Assembly: GCA_951406725.2 (NCBI GenBank)
Contig: OX597818.1
Coordinates: forward strand, 23,870,001 to 23,934,000
DNA: 64,000 nucleotides
Direction of reading: 5' to 3'
Source of the DNA: Octopus vulgaris
Taxonomy: Eukaryota
Notes under the pieces: generated by a model
Seen by the model: the letters and a program-made list of their open reading frames with translations, nothing else
The model's database searches: none
Told to the model about the DNA's origin: nothing
Shown here: piece after piece, positions 1 through 11,910 of the stretch
How the letters are laid out: the number at the start of each line of letters is the position of its first letter
Numbering within the stretch: the stretch's first letter is position 1
Made by a program: the position numbers and the translations under genes

Positions 1-986
1 AGTCCATAAAATAGGATTTGACTACACCTCCATTTAGAGCACAGTTTAAGCTATCTTTTCGTGGAAGAAGGGTTACATTCCTATAACCTGTGTTAATTCT
101 GTAACCCTTTAAAATGGAAGATAAGAAAGTTCATTTTCAGTACTTGATGCTTTTCTTTTTCTGTAAAATGAAAAATGCCTCACAAGTAACCAAAGAAATA
201 TGCGCAGTTTACAGTGATGTTTCTATATCCGAAAGAACCATAAGGAAGTGGTTTGCAAGGTTCCGAGCTGGAGATTGTAGCTTTATTGATAAAGAGCAAT
301 CAGACAGACCATCCAATACAGATGATGACCAAATCAAGTCATTAATTGAGAATAACCCACACTGCACAACATGAGAATTGGCAGAAAGACTCAACCTATC
401 AAAATCCATCATTCATGAGCACCTGGTAAAGCTTGGGTACACAAATCGTTATGATTTTTGGATACCACATGAGTTGAGTGAGAAGAACCTTTTGGATCAC
501 ATTTCCATCTGTGATTTGCTTTATAAATGGAATGAAAAAGCACCTTTTTTAAAGCAAATTGTGACAGGTGATGAGAAATGGATTATCTACCGAAATGTTC
601 AGAGAAACTGATCTTGGAGTAAGCAACATGAGCCACCCTTAGCCACCCCAAAAGCGAATCTTCACCCTAAAAAAGTCTTGCTTTGTGTCTGGTGGGATTG
701 GAAAGGAATTCTGTACTATGAGCTTTCCACTTATTCAGGTCTCTGCAGAATAGTCTAATGGTAAAAATTTCAATTCCATGGATGACGTAAAAAGATACCT
801 TGATGAATTCTTGCCGTGAAACCACCTCAATTCTGGGAAGTGGGTATTTTTAAGTTAAAGGAAAGATAGAGATGCATTGTACAACAAAATGGTTCATATT
901 TGGTTGATTAAAAATGTAATGGCAAATATTTATTGACCTTTTTCTTTCCTTTAAAAATTGGCATGAACTTTCTGGACAACCCAATA
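1..986 (+). mobile_element. Mariner (Mos1/SETMAR-like) DNA transposon, decayed; left end outside window
   Basis: ORFs 114-374 and 378-611 give an HTH region (RTIRKWFARFRAGD), WIPHEL and IVTGDEKWI, followed by LHPKKVLLCVWWD. Right TIR ...gaactttctggacaacccaa ends at TA 985-986. Confidence 0.9.
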
Positions 987-3960
987 GTTCTGTATTTTTT
1001 GGAATTAGCCTTGATACACAATCCACAAGGTCTAACCTCTTGGAAGGTATATACTCCATCTTAAAGTCGTAAGAAACCCATTTGCATTGAATGAAACCCA
1101 TTTGCAGTAAGGGTAGGAATTCCTTTTTTGACCCCAAAATTGATGATAATGGTCAGTGATCAGTTTGTAGCCGAAAACTTCTACCATGCAAAAATCTGTG
1201 AAATTTCTTCACAGCAAAAACGATTGCAAGAGCTTCTTTCTTTATTTGACTATAGTTTTTTTTTCTACAGCTATCAGAGAAAGTGAGGCATGAACCACCA
1301 CCTTCATATTACCATCTTTATATTTGTGTAGCATTACTATTCCTATGCCGTATTCAGGAGCGTCAGAAGCTACAACAATCACCACAGTAGGGTTGAAATG
1401 AACCAGTGCCAAATCCGATATTAATATTTTTTTTTAATATCATCAAATGCCTTTTGACAATTATTTGACCAATTCTACTTTACATCCTTTTCTAGCAAAT
1501 TATTTAGTGGAGCTTTCAGTTCATGCATATTTGGTATATAATTTTGGTAATAATTCGCTAGACCTAGAAAAGCTTGTAAGGTCATTATACTAGTTGGAGG
1601 CATATTTTTAATTGGGTTTGCCCTCAATGGGTCCAGTCGTCATCTATTCCTGTCGATAATTTGTCCTAAATACTTAATTTTAAGTAAGAAAAATTCACAT
1701 TTTTCCTCACTCAATGTGAAACTGTAATCCCTTATTTTTTGAAAAACACATTTTACATGTTTGACATGCTGATCATGAGATTCACTTTTAATTAATATAT
1801 CATTCAGGTATGGAATTGTGAATTCACAATCTGCTAACATTGCATCCATAACCTGTTGAAAAATTGCAGATGCAACCTGTAGACCAAATGGTAATCTGTT
1901 ATATTTATATAGTCTTTTATGGGTATTTCACTGTTAGATATTCTAAGTATTCTTCGTCTACTCTAATTTGTAAGTACACATCGGAGAGGTCCAATTTAGA
2001 AAATATCTTACCCCTGTTTAACTCTGCAAAAATATTCTCCGGAGTAGGTAGCAGATAGTGACATGTTTTCAGATATTCATTCAAGCCAGTGGAAAAGTCA
2101 GTACACACCCTGATTTTGTTATTCTTTTTTTAATGCACACCATTGGAGCTGCTCATTTTGCATTTGCCATTTTTGGATGACTCCAATTTTCTCTAATCTG
2201 TCTAATTCTTCCTCAACATGTTTTATCACAGCAAAAGGTACCCTTCTTTATGATTTGAACACTGGTATTGTGTTTTCTTTAATTTGGAAACATGCCTCAG
2301 TCTTAGTACACAAACTAGAAAAGCATTTTTTAATTTTTTCTTCAATTCATCTGATGCCTTATTCTTACTGGAGGAACAATCATTTATGATTTTACAGAAT
2401 AGATTTGTGGGGAGGTCCCATAAACCAAACAAGTTTGTTGCATTTTTTAACACAAGCACTTTTGCTTTACAGATTTTACCACAATATATAATGTCACTTT
2501 ATCATTTCACCTAAGAAGTGTAATCTTTCACCTGTGACGCCTCGTGCACTTTTCAATGTTTTCTTTAATGTAGGTTTCCCAATTTTCTTCCACGTGTCGG
2601 TATCAATAATTGAATTCTCACTACCTGTATCTAGTTATAGTCTCACATTCGTGTTATTTATTTATACATACACATACTTTCTTTTTGCGGTGTCATCACA
2701 ACTTTCTGTTGAGCAAACGCTTTTAGAATTTTTTTCCAACCTCTTTTGCTTCACTATTTAGTGCAAGCTTTTATGTCCTATTTTTTAACAACTAAAACAT
2801 ATCCGAGTTTTAAATGGACAATCTTTCTTAAAATGCAGACCTCCACCCCCATAGCATGGATTTGGTTATAACATTCTTTTTTCTTTATTTATTCCCGGTT
2901 GACATATCTGTGCTTGACAGAAAGTTTTTCTTCAGTTTTCTTTACATCCTGTCACAAATTGATCATTCTTTTACATCCCTCTGCTACTGCCTGCAGGGTT
3001 AAATTCTGGTGCTCCTGATCTAGGATTGTAAGAATCTGTGTATGTATTTTGCATCTTTGTTTGCCATCAAACCTTGCACAAAGGTATGGCATTTAAACAT
3101 GTCCTCAGATAATTCCTTCAGTTTAAATTTTACATACATTTTACTTACAATTCCAGCATAACTGACAAAATCTTTGTCCTCTTCTTTTACAAGGCTGAAA
3201 CACTCCCAGCAAGTGTTAAACAGGGAACTCTTATCGCTGAACATTTTAGATAGCAATTCAATTGCTTCCTTGAAACAAATTTCACTTGTTTTTGTTGTTT
3301 TTTTCTGGTAAGATAAAATTGCAGTATTTTTCATGTTCTAAAGGACATAATTTCCATGATAGTAGTCTCACATTTTCATCATCTGTTCAACACTTGCATT
3401 CTTCCTTGAAGATTTCTTCATATCTTCTGAAGTATGCCAAAAAAGTTATAACCTCCTCTGGGTTATAACTAAATTGAGTTATAGCACTCACTACGCTGTC
3501 TGGCAAAAACAAACTTGCAGTGTTTCCTGACTTCAACATCAGTTTCAGCAACTGACTGTGTTGTAGTTGGTGCAACTCCTGTTGCTGCCATTGCTGTTCC
3601 TTTTACAACTGTAATATGTCCACTAATAGGTCTTCCATAAATAAAAAAAATTATTAATGACCAACATAAGCTTCGAATCACTTGTCGCCACTTTTATAAT
3701 GTGGTTTCTGTATGTGTCACCTTAGTGCCATGCACTAATAACAGTGTAATATACAATCCACTTGATATATTCCCAAATACTCTTCCAACAACTGTAACCA
3801 ATCCAAAACAACTTCCAAAGAACTATAACAACTTCTCATTAATTTCCTGACACTACATGAACTCATAAACAACACCTTTCGACTGTCTATGATTTCTCAT
3901 CTCTTGTTCTCAGTCAAACGCGCTGCTACTTATATTGTTTTGTCATGTGGTATGTAATAA
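987..3960 (-). mobile_element. Ty3/gypsy LTR retrotransposon (K02A2.6/Mag-like), decayed gag-pol
   Basis: Minus-strand remnants: gag with a zinc-knuckle relic (~2770-3600), protease LDTGS (~2620), RT FSKLDLSDVYLQ and YLNDILI (~1640-2100), RNase H VVASDA...YSQIKKEALAIVFAVKKFH (~1000-1450). PBS-like TGGCGACAAG at 3681-3690. LTR boundary uncertain. Confidence 0.85.
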
Positions 3961-5087
3961 TGTTTCCTTTACTTCAACCATATTTAGAGAAGCATATGGT
4001 TTCAACCTAGTAAACTTTAACATTGATGATTTATTTTTTCAATAAAAGTACAAAGCAAAAGTGTGAGTTCAAAAGGTTTGTTGCTGTTTTTGCTACTGAG
4101 CACAGAGAAATTTTGAGGACCGTATCAACATGATGGTTACATTTAGAAATGGCATTTAATAGGATTCATCTACTTTCAATGCTCTGTAGAGATTTTTCAT
4201 ACTCTTTAATAAGTCTCTCAGGTTTATTTGTTCCTAAAGCAGTTCTTTCAAATCCTAATCCTATATTCTATGAGGCTGTTCAACCATCTTACCACAATTC
4301 CAACTTAGCAAAGAGAAGACCTCCTAGACAGATACATTCTTTTCTTGAGTAAATTTATGAAATTAGATATCATTTTAAACAAAATGTTCTGGACAAAAGA
4401 TGATGTAAAAAATGATGAAAGTCATTTCAGTTGTACACAAATTCTTTGAGATTATAACCAAATCGACAATTTACAGATTATCCTATAATGGAAAAAAATC
4501 AGAGTCAAATAAATGAAACTTTTGCAAATAGTTTTTTCTTTTTACATAAATACTGTTATAAAAGTAAAGCTTTAGCTGTGAAGGAATTTCTAAGGAATAC
4601 AATATTCATTAATTGAGTATTTACTTGTAAATGTTAAGTGATGTTAAAGGTGTGATGTAAGTAAATGAATAAAGTTATTCTGTTCATTATGTATGTGCAA
4701 CACCTGTACGTCCTACTTTGACAACAATTGATGTGAGTAAACTCATAAATGGATATGAAAATTATATTTATTCATGTATAATATTTACATATGTATATGG
4801 TGTATTCACTTGAGCTAAGAAATCTCAGAAAAAGTATGTCGTATATAATACAATATGTATGCTGGTGCTAAAATAGTTGTATTTGTTTAGTTATACATGC
4901 ACACACACACATGCACACACACACACTCACACACACACATATACACACACATGTACATATCTCAAAATCCACAATTATTTTTACACCAAGTTAGTGTTCA
5001 TGCATAATGCACACTCTTAATTTTAAAGCTTAAAGATCAGTTGGGAAATATCTATTATACACAAATATAAATATTCAAAATCAAAAT

Positions 5088-5590
5088 CAATTCGATGACT
5101 GGTATCCATGCTAGCGGGGTGCAAAGAGCACCATACGAGTGTGATCGTTGACAGAGTGGCTATTCGAGTATGATTGTTACCAGCATCGCCTTACTGGCAC
5201 TTATGCCTGTGCTAGTAGGGTGCCAAGAGCACCATCTGAGCATGATTGTTGCCAGAGCAGCCAACTGGCTTCTGTACCCGTGGCACATAAAAGAGCACCA
5301 TTCGAGCGTGATCATTACCAACGTCACTTCACTGGCACCTGTGCCGGTGGCACGTGTAAAAAGATTCGAGTGAGGTCATTGCCAGTGCCGCCTGACTGGC
5401 CCCGTGCCGGTGGCACGTAAAAAGCACCCACTACACTCTCAGAGTGGTTGACGTTAGGAAGGGCATCCAGCTGTAGAAACTCTGCCAGATCAAGATTGGA
5501 GCCTGGTGCAGCCATCTGGTTCGCCAGCCCTCAGTCAAAATCGTCCAACCCATGCTAGCATGGAAAGCGGACATTAAACGATGATGATGA
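5088..5590 (+). mobile_element. SINE-like element with RTE-type 3' tail (family A)
   Basis: Internal repeats gccggtggcacgtaaaaagcacc; 3' end cgtccaacccatgctagcatggaaagcggacattaaacgat(gat)n is shared with copies near 8347, 18900, 46656 and 57095. Confidence 0.8.
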
Positions 5591-5971
5591 CAAACCTATT
5601 CAAAAATAGCTAAAAACTATAAAACATGTATTGTAAATTTATGCTTATTTCTTTGCTAAATTTTCCCAGCATTCTAGCATTTACCACCATTTTCCAGAGA
5701 TTATCCCAGCATTTTCATTTGAGTTAGATGACACTGTTGCATACCCCATATGGAACAGTACCAATACTGATTGCATTACTAGATATACCAATGAGAAAAG
5801 TGAAAAAAATATATTTGATCAACTGACCTTACAAAAAACAAATAAACTATAAATAGTTTACTATAAATAGTTTACCTGAAATCACATGAAAAAGATTATA
5901 TCAAATGCAGATATTCTGTGACAGTGAATCTAATCTGTCATAATTACAGCAATCACTCAGGGTGTCTCATA

Positions 5972-6039
<68 letters not shown>

Positions 6040-6047
6040 TATATATC

Positions 6048-6230
6048 ATTAGCCATTACACACATTTTCCTCTCCTTTTCTTTCTCTCCTTGCTTTTTCT
6101 GTGTCCCTTTCTGTAGAAGAGCGTAGGCTCAAAACATAAAAGACTTTTTCTATTCCTGAGCATTATACTAATACATGTTTGTTTTGTACACCACCTGTCT
6201 TCGTCTTTTGTTTTTTTCATAAACTCTCCC
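6048..6230 (+). mobile_element. Short Penelope-like/retrozyme-like element with degenerate hammerhead motif
   Basis: cttt-CTGTAGA-A-GAGCgtagGCTC-AAAAC-ATA-aaag at 6107-6142; embedded in (TA)n/(CA)n; homologous to 10778-10965 (-). Confidence 0.55.
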
Positions 6231-6249
6231 TATATATATATACATATAC

Positions 6250-6294
<45 letters not shown>

Positions 6295-6298
<4 letters not shown>

Positions 6299-6515
6299 TA
6301 ATCCAAACGGGAAAACAGAAAAAACAACAACACGTGAAACAATTACAGTATTATTATTATTAGGCGCTCAGGAAAAGGGAAGAAGGAGGGTATGACGTTT
6401 CGAGCGGAGCTCTTCGTCGGAAACATAGGAGAAGGAAGAAAGAAGAAAGAAGGAAAGATCCCGATGTGGGCGAACAGAGGGAAAAAAAAACGCGACTGGT
6501 GTTTACGAAGTACAC
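6295..6515 (-). mobile_element. Short Penelope-like/retrozyme-like element with hammerhead-like motif
   Basis: Minus strand gttt-CCGACGA-A-GAGCtccGCTC-GAAAC-GTC-atac at 6424-6390, followed by ttcctgagcg as in sister copies; flanked by (TA)n. Confidence 0.55.
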
Positions 6516-6844
6516 ATATATATATATATATATACAGTATATTATATGTGTATGTGTAGATAGACAGACAGACATATATCATCATTATCATCATCATAAT
6601 CATCATCATTTAAAATCTGTGTTCCATGCTATCAGATCTGTGCTGGAAGACTGTGGCAAGCTCCAATGCTTGATTTGGCATGGTGGCATGGTTTCTATAG
6701 CTAGATGCTCATTCTCATATCTTTAATGTGTACTGCATGCTTCTTTTATTATACCTGCATGAGTGAAATCACATTGTGGGTGTGTACGCAAACAAGCATG
6801 CGTGCATGTGTGTATGTATGTGGTGTGTGCATGTGCTTGTGTGA

Positions 6845-6950
6845 GTGTGTTGTTGTTGTTGTGGTGGTGGTGGTGGTGGTGGTGGTGATGGTGGTGGTGG
6901 TGATGGTGGTGGTGGTGGTGGTGGTGGTGGTGTGTGTGTGTGTGTGTATA
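6845..6950. repeat. Compound (GTT)n(GGT)n(GT)n microsatellite
   Basis: Seen directly; it produces the spurious poly-H/T/V/G ORFs. Confidence 0.95.
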
Positions 6951-7235
6951 CACAATACCTCCAACCTTTTGCCCATGCTACACATTCACACCACTACCAA
7001 TTGATTTTAACCTTATTTCACTGGATTTGGGAAAAGGGAATTTACATGAATTATTTGCTTTCATCTTAAATCTGTCATTGGCCCAATTTATTTTGCAAAG
7101 CGGGTGAGAATGACATTACTATAAACAGAATGTTGCATATTTGTATAGATTTTAAAGTGGCAAATCTTGTCTTGCAAGTTTCCAGAAGTCACCATTCCTG
7201 TTACAACATTATAAATGTGCTGGCACTAAAAAATT

Positions 7236-7236
7236 A

Positions 7237-7283
<47 letters not shown>

Positions 7284-7308
7284 TTATATATATATGTATA
7301 TATATATG

Positions 7309-7340
<32 letters not shown>

Positions 7341-7342
7341 TG

Positions 7343-7419
<77 letters not shown>

Positions 7420-7420
7420 A
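7236..7420. repeat. (TA)n/(TATG)n microsatellite; similar blocks at ~8180-8340, 8690-9033, 10298-10410, 13970-14090, 14400-14550, 24280-24420
   Basis: Seen directly. Confidence 0.95.
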
Positions 7421-7802
7421 TGTAGCTTGCTTACGAACCATATGGTTCTGGGTTCAGTCCCACAGCGGGGCACCTTCTTGGCACCTTGGGCAAGTGTCTT
7501 CTACTATAGCCTCGGGCCAACCAAAGCCTTGTGAGTGGATTTGGTAGACAGAAACTGAAAGAAGCCTGTCGTATATATGTATATATATGTATGTGTATAT
7601 GTTTGTGTGTCTGTGTTTGTCTCCCCAACATCCCTTGACAACCAATGCTGGTGTGTTTACATACCCTTAACTTGGTAGTTTGGCAAAAGAGACCGATAGA
7701 ATAAGTACTAGGTTTACAAAGAATAAGTCCTGGGGTCGATTTGCTCAACTAAAGGCGGTGCTCCAGCATGACCACAGTCAAATGACTGAAACCAGTAAAA
7801 GA

Positions 7803-7803
<1 letters not shown>
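7421..7803 (+). mobile_element. tRNA-derived SINE (family B)
   Basis: B-box-like ggttcagtccca, core ggcaccttgggcaagtgtcttctactatagcctcgggcc, tail cagtcaaatgactgaaac. Many copies in the window. Confidence 0.8.
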
Positions 7804-7843
<40 letters not shown>

Positions 7844-7994
7844 TATACACACATATATATATATATAGTCATAATTTGTCTGAAGAACCTCTGCACCCAC
7901 AAGTGAAATTCAGAGACACAAGGAAATGACTTCAGCAAAACTAGCAGAGATACCTGGCCTTGCTCAGGATTTAAAATAGCATAGTTTTTTTATT

Positions 7995-8230
7995 GTTTTT
8001 TCTTGTTTCAGTCATGTGACTGCAGCCACACTGGAGCACCGCCTTTGGTCAAAAGATCGCCTACATGATTCATTCTTTGTAAGGCTAGTACTTATTCTAT
8101 CAGTGTCTTTTGCTGAACTGCTAAGTTAAGGGAACAAAAACACAGCAACATTGGTTGTCAAGCAATGGTGGAGGTACAAACACAGATACACACACACACA
8201 CACAAATATACACATATATATAACAGCCTT
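7995..8230 (-). mobile_element. SINE family B, 3' part, inverted relative to 7421-7803
   Basis: Reverse complement of the family B tail (tgtttcagtcatgtgactgcagcc...gtacttattctatc). Confidence 0.7.
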
Positions 8231-8247
8231 CTTTCTACACACACATA

Positions 8248-8342
<95 letters not shown>

Positions 8343-8346
8343 ATGG

Positions 8347-8689
8347 AAATTGTAGCTGTCATACCAGTGCCGGTGGCACATAAGAGAATCATCCGAACAT
8401 GGCCGTTGCCAGCGCCGCCTCGACTGGCCTCCATGCCGGTGGCACGTAAAAAGCACTATCCGATTGTGGCCGTTTGCCAGCCTCATCTGGCACCTGTGCA
8501 GGTGGCACGTAAAAAGCATCCACTACACTCACGGAGTGATTGGCGTTAGGAAGGGCATTCAGCTATAGAAACACTGCCAGATCAGACTGGGCCTGGCCAG
8601 CCTACTGGCTTCCCAGATCCCAGTTGAACTGTCCAACCCATGCTAGCATGGAAAACGGACGTTAAACGATGATGATGATGATGATGATG
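8347..8689 (+). mobile_element. SINE-like family A with (GAT)n tail
   Basis: Same internal repeats and RTE-type tail as 5088-5590. Confidence 0.8.
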
Positions 8690-8715
8690 ATATATATATA
8701 TATACACATATATAC

Positions 8716-8747
<32 letters not shown>

Positions 8748-9003
8748 ATGTTTGTATGTATATACATATATATATATACACATCCATATATGTATATATA
8801 CGCATATATGCATACATATACATATATATATACACATATACATACATATATATATATATACATAAATATACATACATATACATACATACATAGACATACA
8901 TATATATATATATATATGTATACACACATATATATACACATATATATATACATACATATACACACACACATACACGCGCACACACACACACATGCACACA
9001 CGC

Positions 9004-9033
<30 letters not shown>

Positions 9034-9038
<5 letters not shown>

Positions 9039-9241
9039 CTTTATTTAAAAGCAACAGAAATATAACAAAAGCTGTTACTTAGGGCTTCACACTCCCGTTC
9101 GTCGGACAGTTTTGTTAAAATAGAACAGAAATAACAATTGTTATTTCTGTTCTATTTTAACAAAACTGTCCGACGAACGGGAATGTGAAGCCCTAAGTAA
9201 CAGCTTTTGTTATATTTCTGTTGCTTTTAAATAAAGTATAT
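9034..9241. repeat. 208-bp spacer-less palindrome (one mismatch) made of two inverted hammerhead-like units
   Basis: Centre caa|ttg at 9137/9138. The arms are reverse complements except cacactccc versus gggaatgtg. Confidence 0.95.
9159..9211 (+). ncRNA. Degenerate type-I hammerhead ribozyme fold (mirror copy 9064-9116 on -)
   Basis: Stem I AACAAAACTGT / ACAG-C-TTTTGTT; core CCGACGA (U4C); stem II ACG-GGAA-TGT; GAAG (A15.1G); cleavage triplet GTA at 9197-9199. Confidence 0.55.
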
Positions 9242-9306
9242 TACTCTACCTCTGGTATTTGAGTACTCTTATTTCCACCTTGTTCCACATTTATGTGCTT
9301 ACTCTG

Positions 9307-9347
<41 letters not shown>

Positions 9348-9375
9348 GAAGGTTTAAAAGGAACACACAAGTTGA

Positions 9376-9488
9376 TATGTATAAGGAAAATAAATCAAGG
9401 TAGAAAATGATTGAAACTGGTACTAAAATGTTTTTTATGATAAAATTATTTTAGCATTTTCTACCTTGACTTATTTTCCTTATACATA
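9376..9488. repeat. ~35-bp inverted repeat (9376-9409 / 9455-9488)
   Basis: tatgtataaggaaaataaatcaaggtagaaaatg versus cattttctaccttgacttattttccttatacata. Confidence 0.85.
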
Positions 9489-9499
9489 CATACATACAT

Positions 9500-10297
9500 T
9501 ATTATGGCTGCCCCCTCGTTATCGAGTATGGCCATTGCATGAAGCTTAACTGTTACTGATGCTGTGATCGAATGTGACTTTTTAGCCCAGCTAAAGATCT
9601 ACAATGTCTTGTACAAAATTGGCAACTAAAACCTTTACTGGTAATAGTCAGCTGTAGTTGTAACCAGGCTTCATGTACCTTTGCATGTCGTTTAAGTCCT
9701 CCTGCCAAATTACACTCTCTTCCACATGCCCGACAGATATGATTAGTATGGTGTGTTACACCACCACCAGTGGCCAGGTTGTCACTCATCTGTCTCGTTT
9801 TATGACTACAAAGATGACTCGTGAGTCCAGCTTTACTGAGGCAGGGTCTTGCACAGATATTGCATGTCAGAATCAAAGGAAGACCCTTCCCTTCTGGAAG
9901 TGTAACAGTGATGCCCTTCCTGACATCTCTCCTTACTTTCTCATGTGCAACTCGAGATTTCTCAAACGTGACTGTCCCCTCATGCACAATCCTTCTCCAC
10001 CTGCTACGATCAATAGCTATGCCTTCCCATGTGTCAGGAGAGATGCAAGCATCTCTTAAGGAAGCCTTCAGCAAGTCCTTATACCTCTTTTTTGGTTTAT
10101 GTGGAGGTCGTTCTCCTTTAGCTAACTCTCCATAAAAGAGTTGTTTTGGCATCCTTGAATCCTTCATTCTGACCAGATGACCACTCCATCTGAGCCTTTG
10201 CTTTAACACAAGAGCTTCTATACTTTCACACCAAGAGCCTTCGAGTATTTCAAGATCACTGATGCGGTCCTTCCACTTAATGGCATTAAGTGGAAGG
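9500..10297 (-). mobile_element. 5'-truncated RTE-clade LINE, 3' end of ORF2 with three C2H2 zinc fingers
   Basis: ORF 9553-10329: RLRWSGHLVRMKDSRMPKQLFYGEL...DRSRWR (post-RT region typical of RTE), then CNIC..H..H, CRAC..H...H and CQFC..H....H. Short 3' UTR ends in a taa repeat. Confidence 0.85.
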
Positions 10298-10376
10298 ACA
10301 TACATGCATACATACATACATTCATACAATCATACATACATACATACATACATACATACATACATACATACATACA

Positions 10377-10408
<32 letters not shown>

Positions 10409-10529
10409 CAAACATGTTTATAAATACATATTGAAAGTAATAGAAATGAAACTAATATATAAAGCTACATAATAAAAGTAATTGAAATTGAAACCATATA
10501 ATAGTGAAAGTATTAATAAAGACATTATT

Positions 10530-10727
10530 ATTTCACTTTTGACACGTAATACGGAAAAAGTGTAAGACATAAGAGATTGAAAAAACTTTTAGGCTATGAC
10601 ACTGCATGGATCGTAAGTAAGGCATGTGTAAAATTTGAATGAAATCGGTTGGGTAGTTCTCAAGTTTCAGTGATTCACGCATACAGACAGAAGACAGAGA
10701 GAGACACACACACATATATTCTCAGTT

Positions 10728-10730
<3 letters not shown>
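10530..10730 (-). mobile_element. Possible Helitron-like (HINE/DINE-type) non-autonomous fragment
   Basis: Minus strand ctgt-rich microsatellite followed by aactacccaaccgatttcattcaaattttacac, a layout recalled for such elements. Confidence 0.35.
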
Positions 10731-10777
<47 letters not shown>

Positions 10778-10780
<3 letters not shown>

Positions 10781-10965
10781 TTGAAATTTATAGAAAAACA
10801 CAAGATGAAGACTGGTGTATGAACAACAAGCAAGTGTATTAGTTCGACGCCCAGGAAAAAGGAAAAAGTCTTTTACGTTTTGAGTTTAGGCTCTTCGGCA
10901 GAACGGAATTAGAGAGAATAAACAGAGAGAGAGTGAAAAAAATTGTAGAGTTCAGCAGTTCAACA
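10778..10965 (-). mobile_element. Short Penelope-like/retrozyme-like element (same family as 6048-6230)
   Basis: Minus strand gtt-CTGCCGA-A-GAGcctaaaCTC-AAAAC-GTA-aaagactttttcc at 10904-10861; sits in (GT)n/(TA)n. Confidence 0.55.
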
Positions 10966-10972
10966 TATATGT

Positions 10973-11910
10973 ACAGGGTGCGATGGGTAAATTGTCACCA
11001 TTTTATATTTTTAATTTCATGCATTCACATTGTTCGTTTTTGATTTTATCAACTAAACAGTTTAGGAGTGTCAGTTGAGAACCATCTCTGAGAAAAACAG
11101 CACTATGACACAATTCTCTCTGCCAGAAATTTGGAAATGACATGTACTGCTTGGCATTCATACCAGAAGCTCCAATACAAACGGAACAATCGATGGCTTA
11201 CCATCTTCCCAAAACATGTACCAAGGGTGGTAAAAATCAAACATCCAGTCAACAGCATGGTATTTGAAGTAATCACTAGTGATGGTGACGTTATGCCTCC
11301 ATTCATCTTCCCACATGGCCTCAGACTCAACACAGAGGCCTACATCAAGTGCCTGGAGGAAGTAGTGCTGCCCTGGGTCAAGAAGATGGCTGCTGGAAGA
11401 CCCTATGTCTGGCAACAGGACCCTGCACCATGCCATACAAGCAGGAGAACTCAGTCATGACTGTCAGACAATTTCTGCAACCACATTTGGCCAACTAACT
11501 CCCCAGATTGCAACCCCCTTGATTATTATGTGTTGGGTACAGTTGAGTGAGAGGCCAACAAAATTCCTTGTGACACCAAAGATGGACTGAAGGCAAGGAT
11601 TATGGAAGCATTCACCAACTTAACCCTTTCGTTACTGTATTTATTTTGAGATGCTCTGTGTTTCTTTCAATTAATTTAAATATAACAAAGAATTTCGTAA
11701 AATAACTCAGTTATCATTCAGCTAATGTTAAGAACATAAATTATGATTAAGGTTTGGTGGAAGATTTTAATTCAAAACTCATGAAAACAAGACATTTGTA
11801 CCTCAGAGCCAGAGCCGGTTTTGGCCGGGTTGGTAACGAAAGGGTACAAGGAGACCATCCTGAAGAGTTGCATGAGATTCTGAAGTCATCTGGAGGTTGT
11901 GGCTGAAGCC
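10973..11910 (+). mobile_element. Tc1/mariner-superfamily (DD37D/maT-like) transposon remnant, interrupted by a MITE
   Basis: TA-cagggtg start; KHPVNSMVFEVITSDG...YVWQQDPAPCHTS, then WPTNSPDCNPLDYYV after a frameshift. Confidence 0.75.
11620..11846. mobile_element. piggyBac-like MITE (family E)
   Basis: TTAA-ccctttcgttac...gtaacgaaaggg terminal inverted repeats; sisters at 20263, 40387 and 48189. Confidence 0.8.

Noticed and set aside
5100-5430. CRISPR-like array (recurring ggtggcacgtaaaaagcacc units)
   Set aside because: Internal repeats of a dispersed eukaryotic element; irregular spacing and no cas genes.
6343-9065. Many YI/VC/HT/poly-H ORFs in the track
   Set aside because: Translations of microsatellites.
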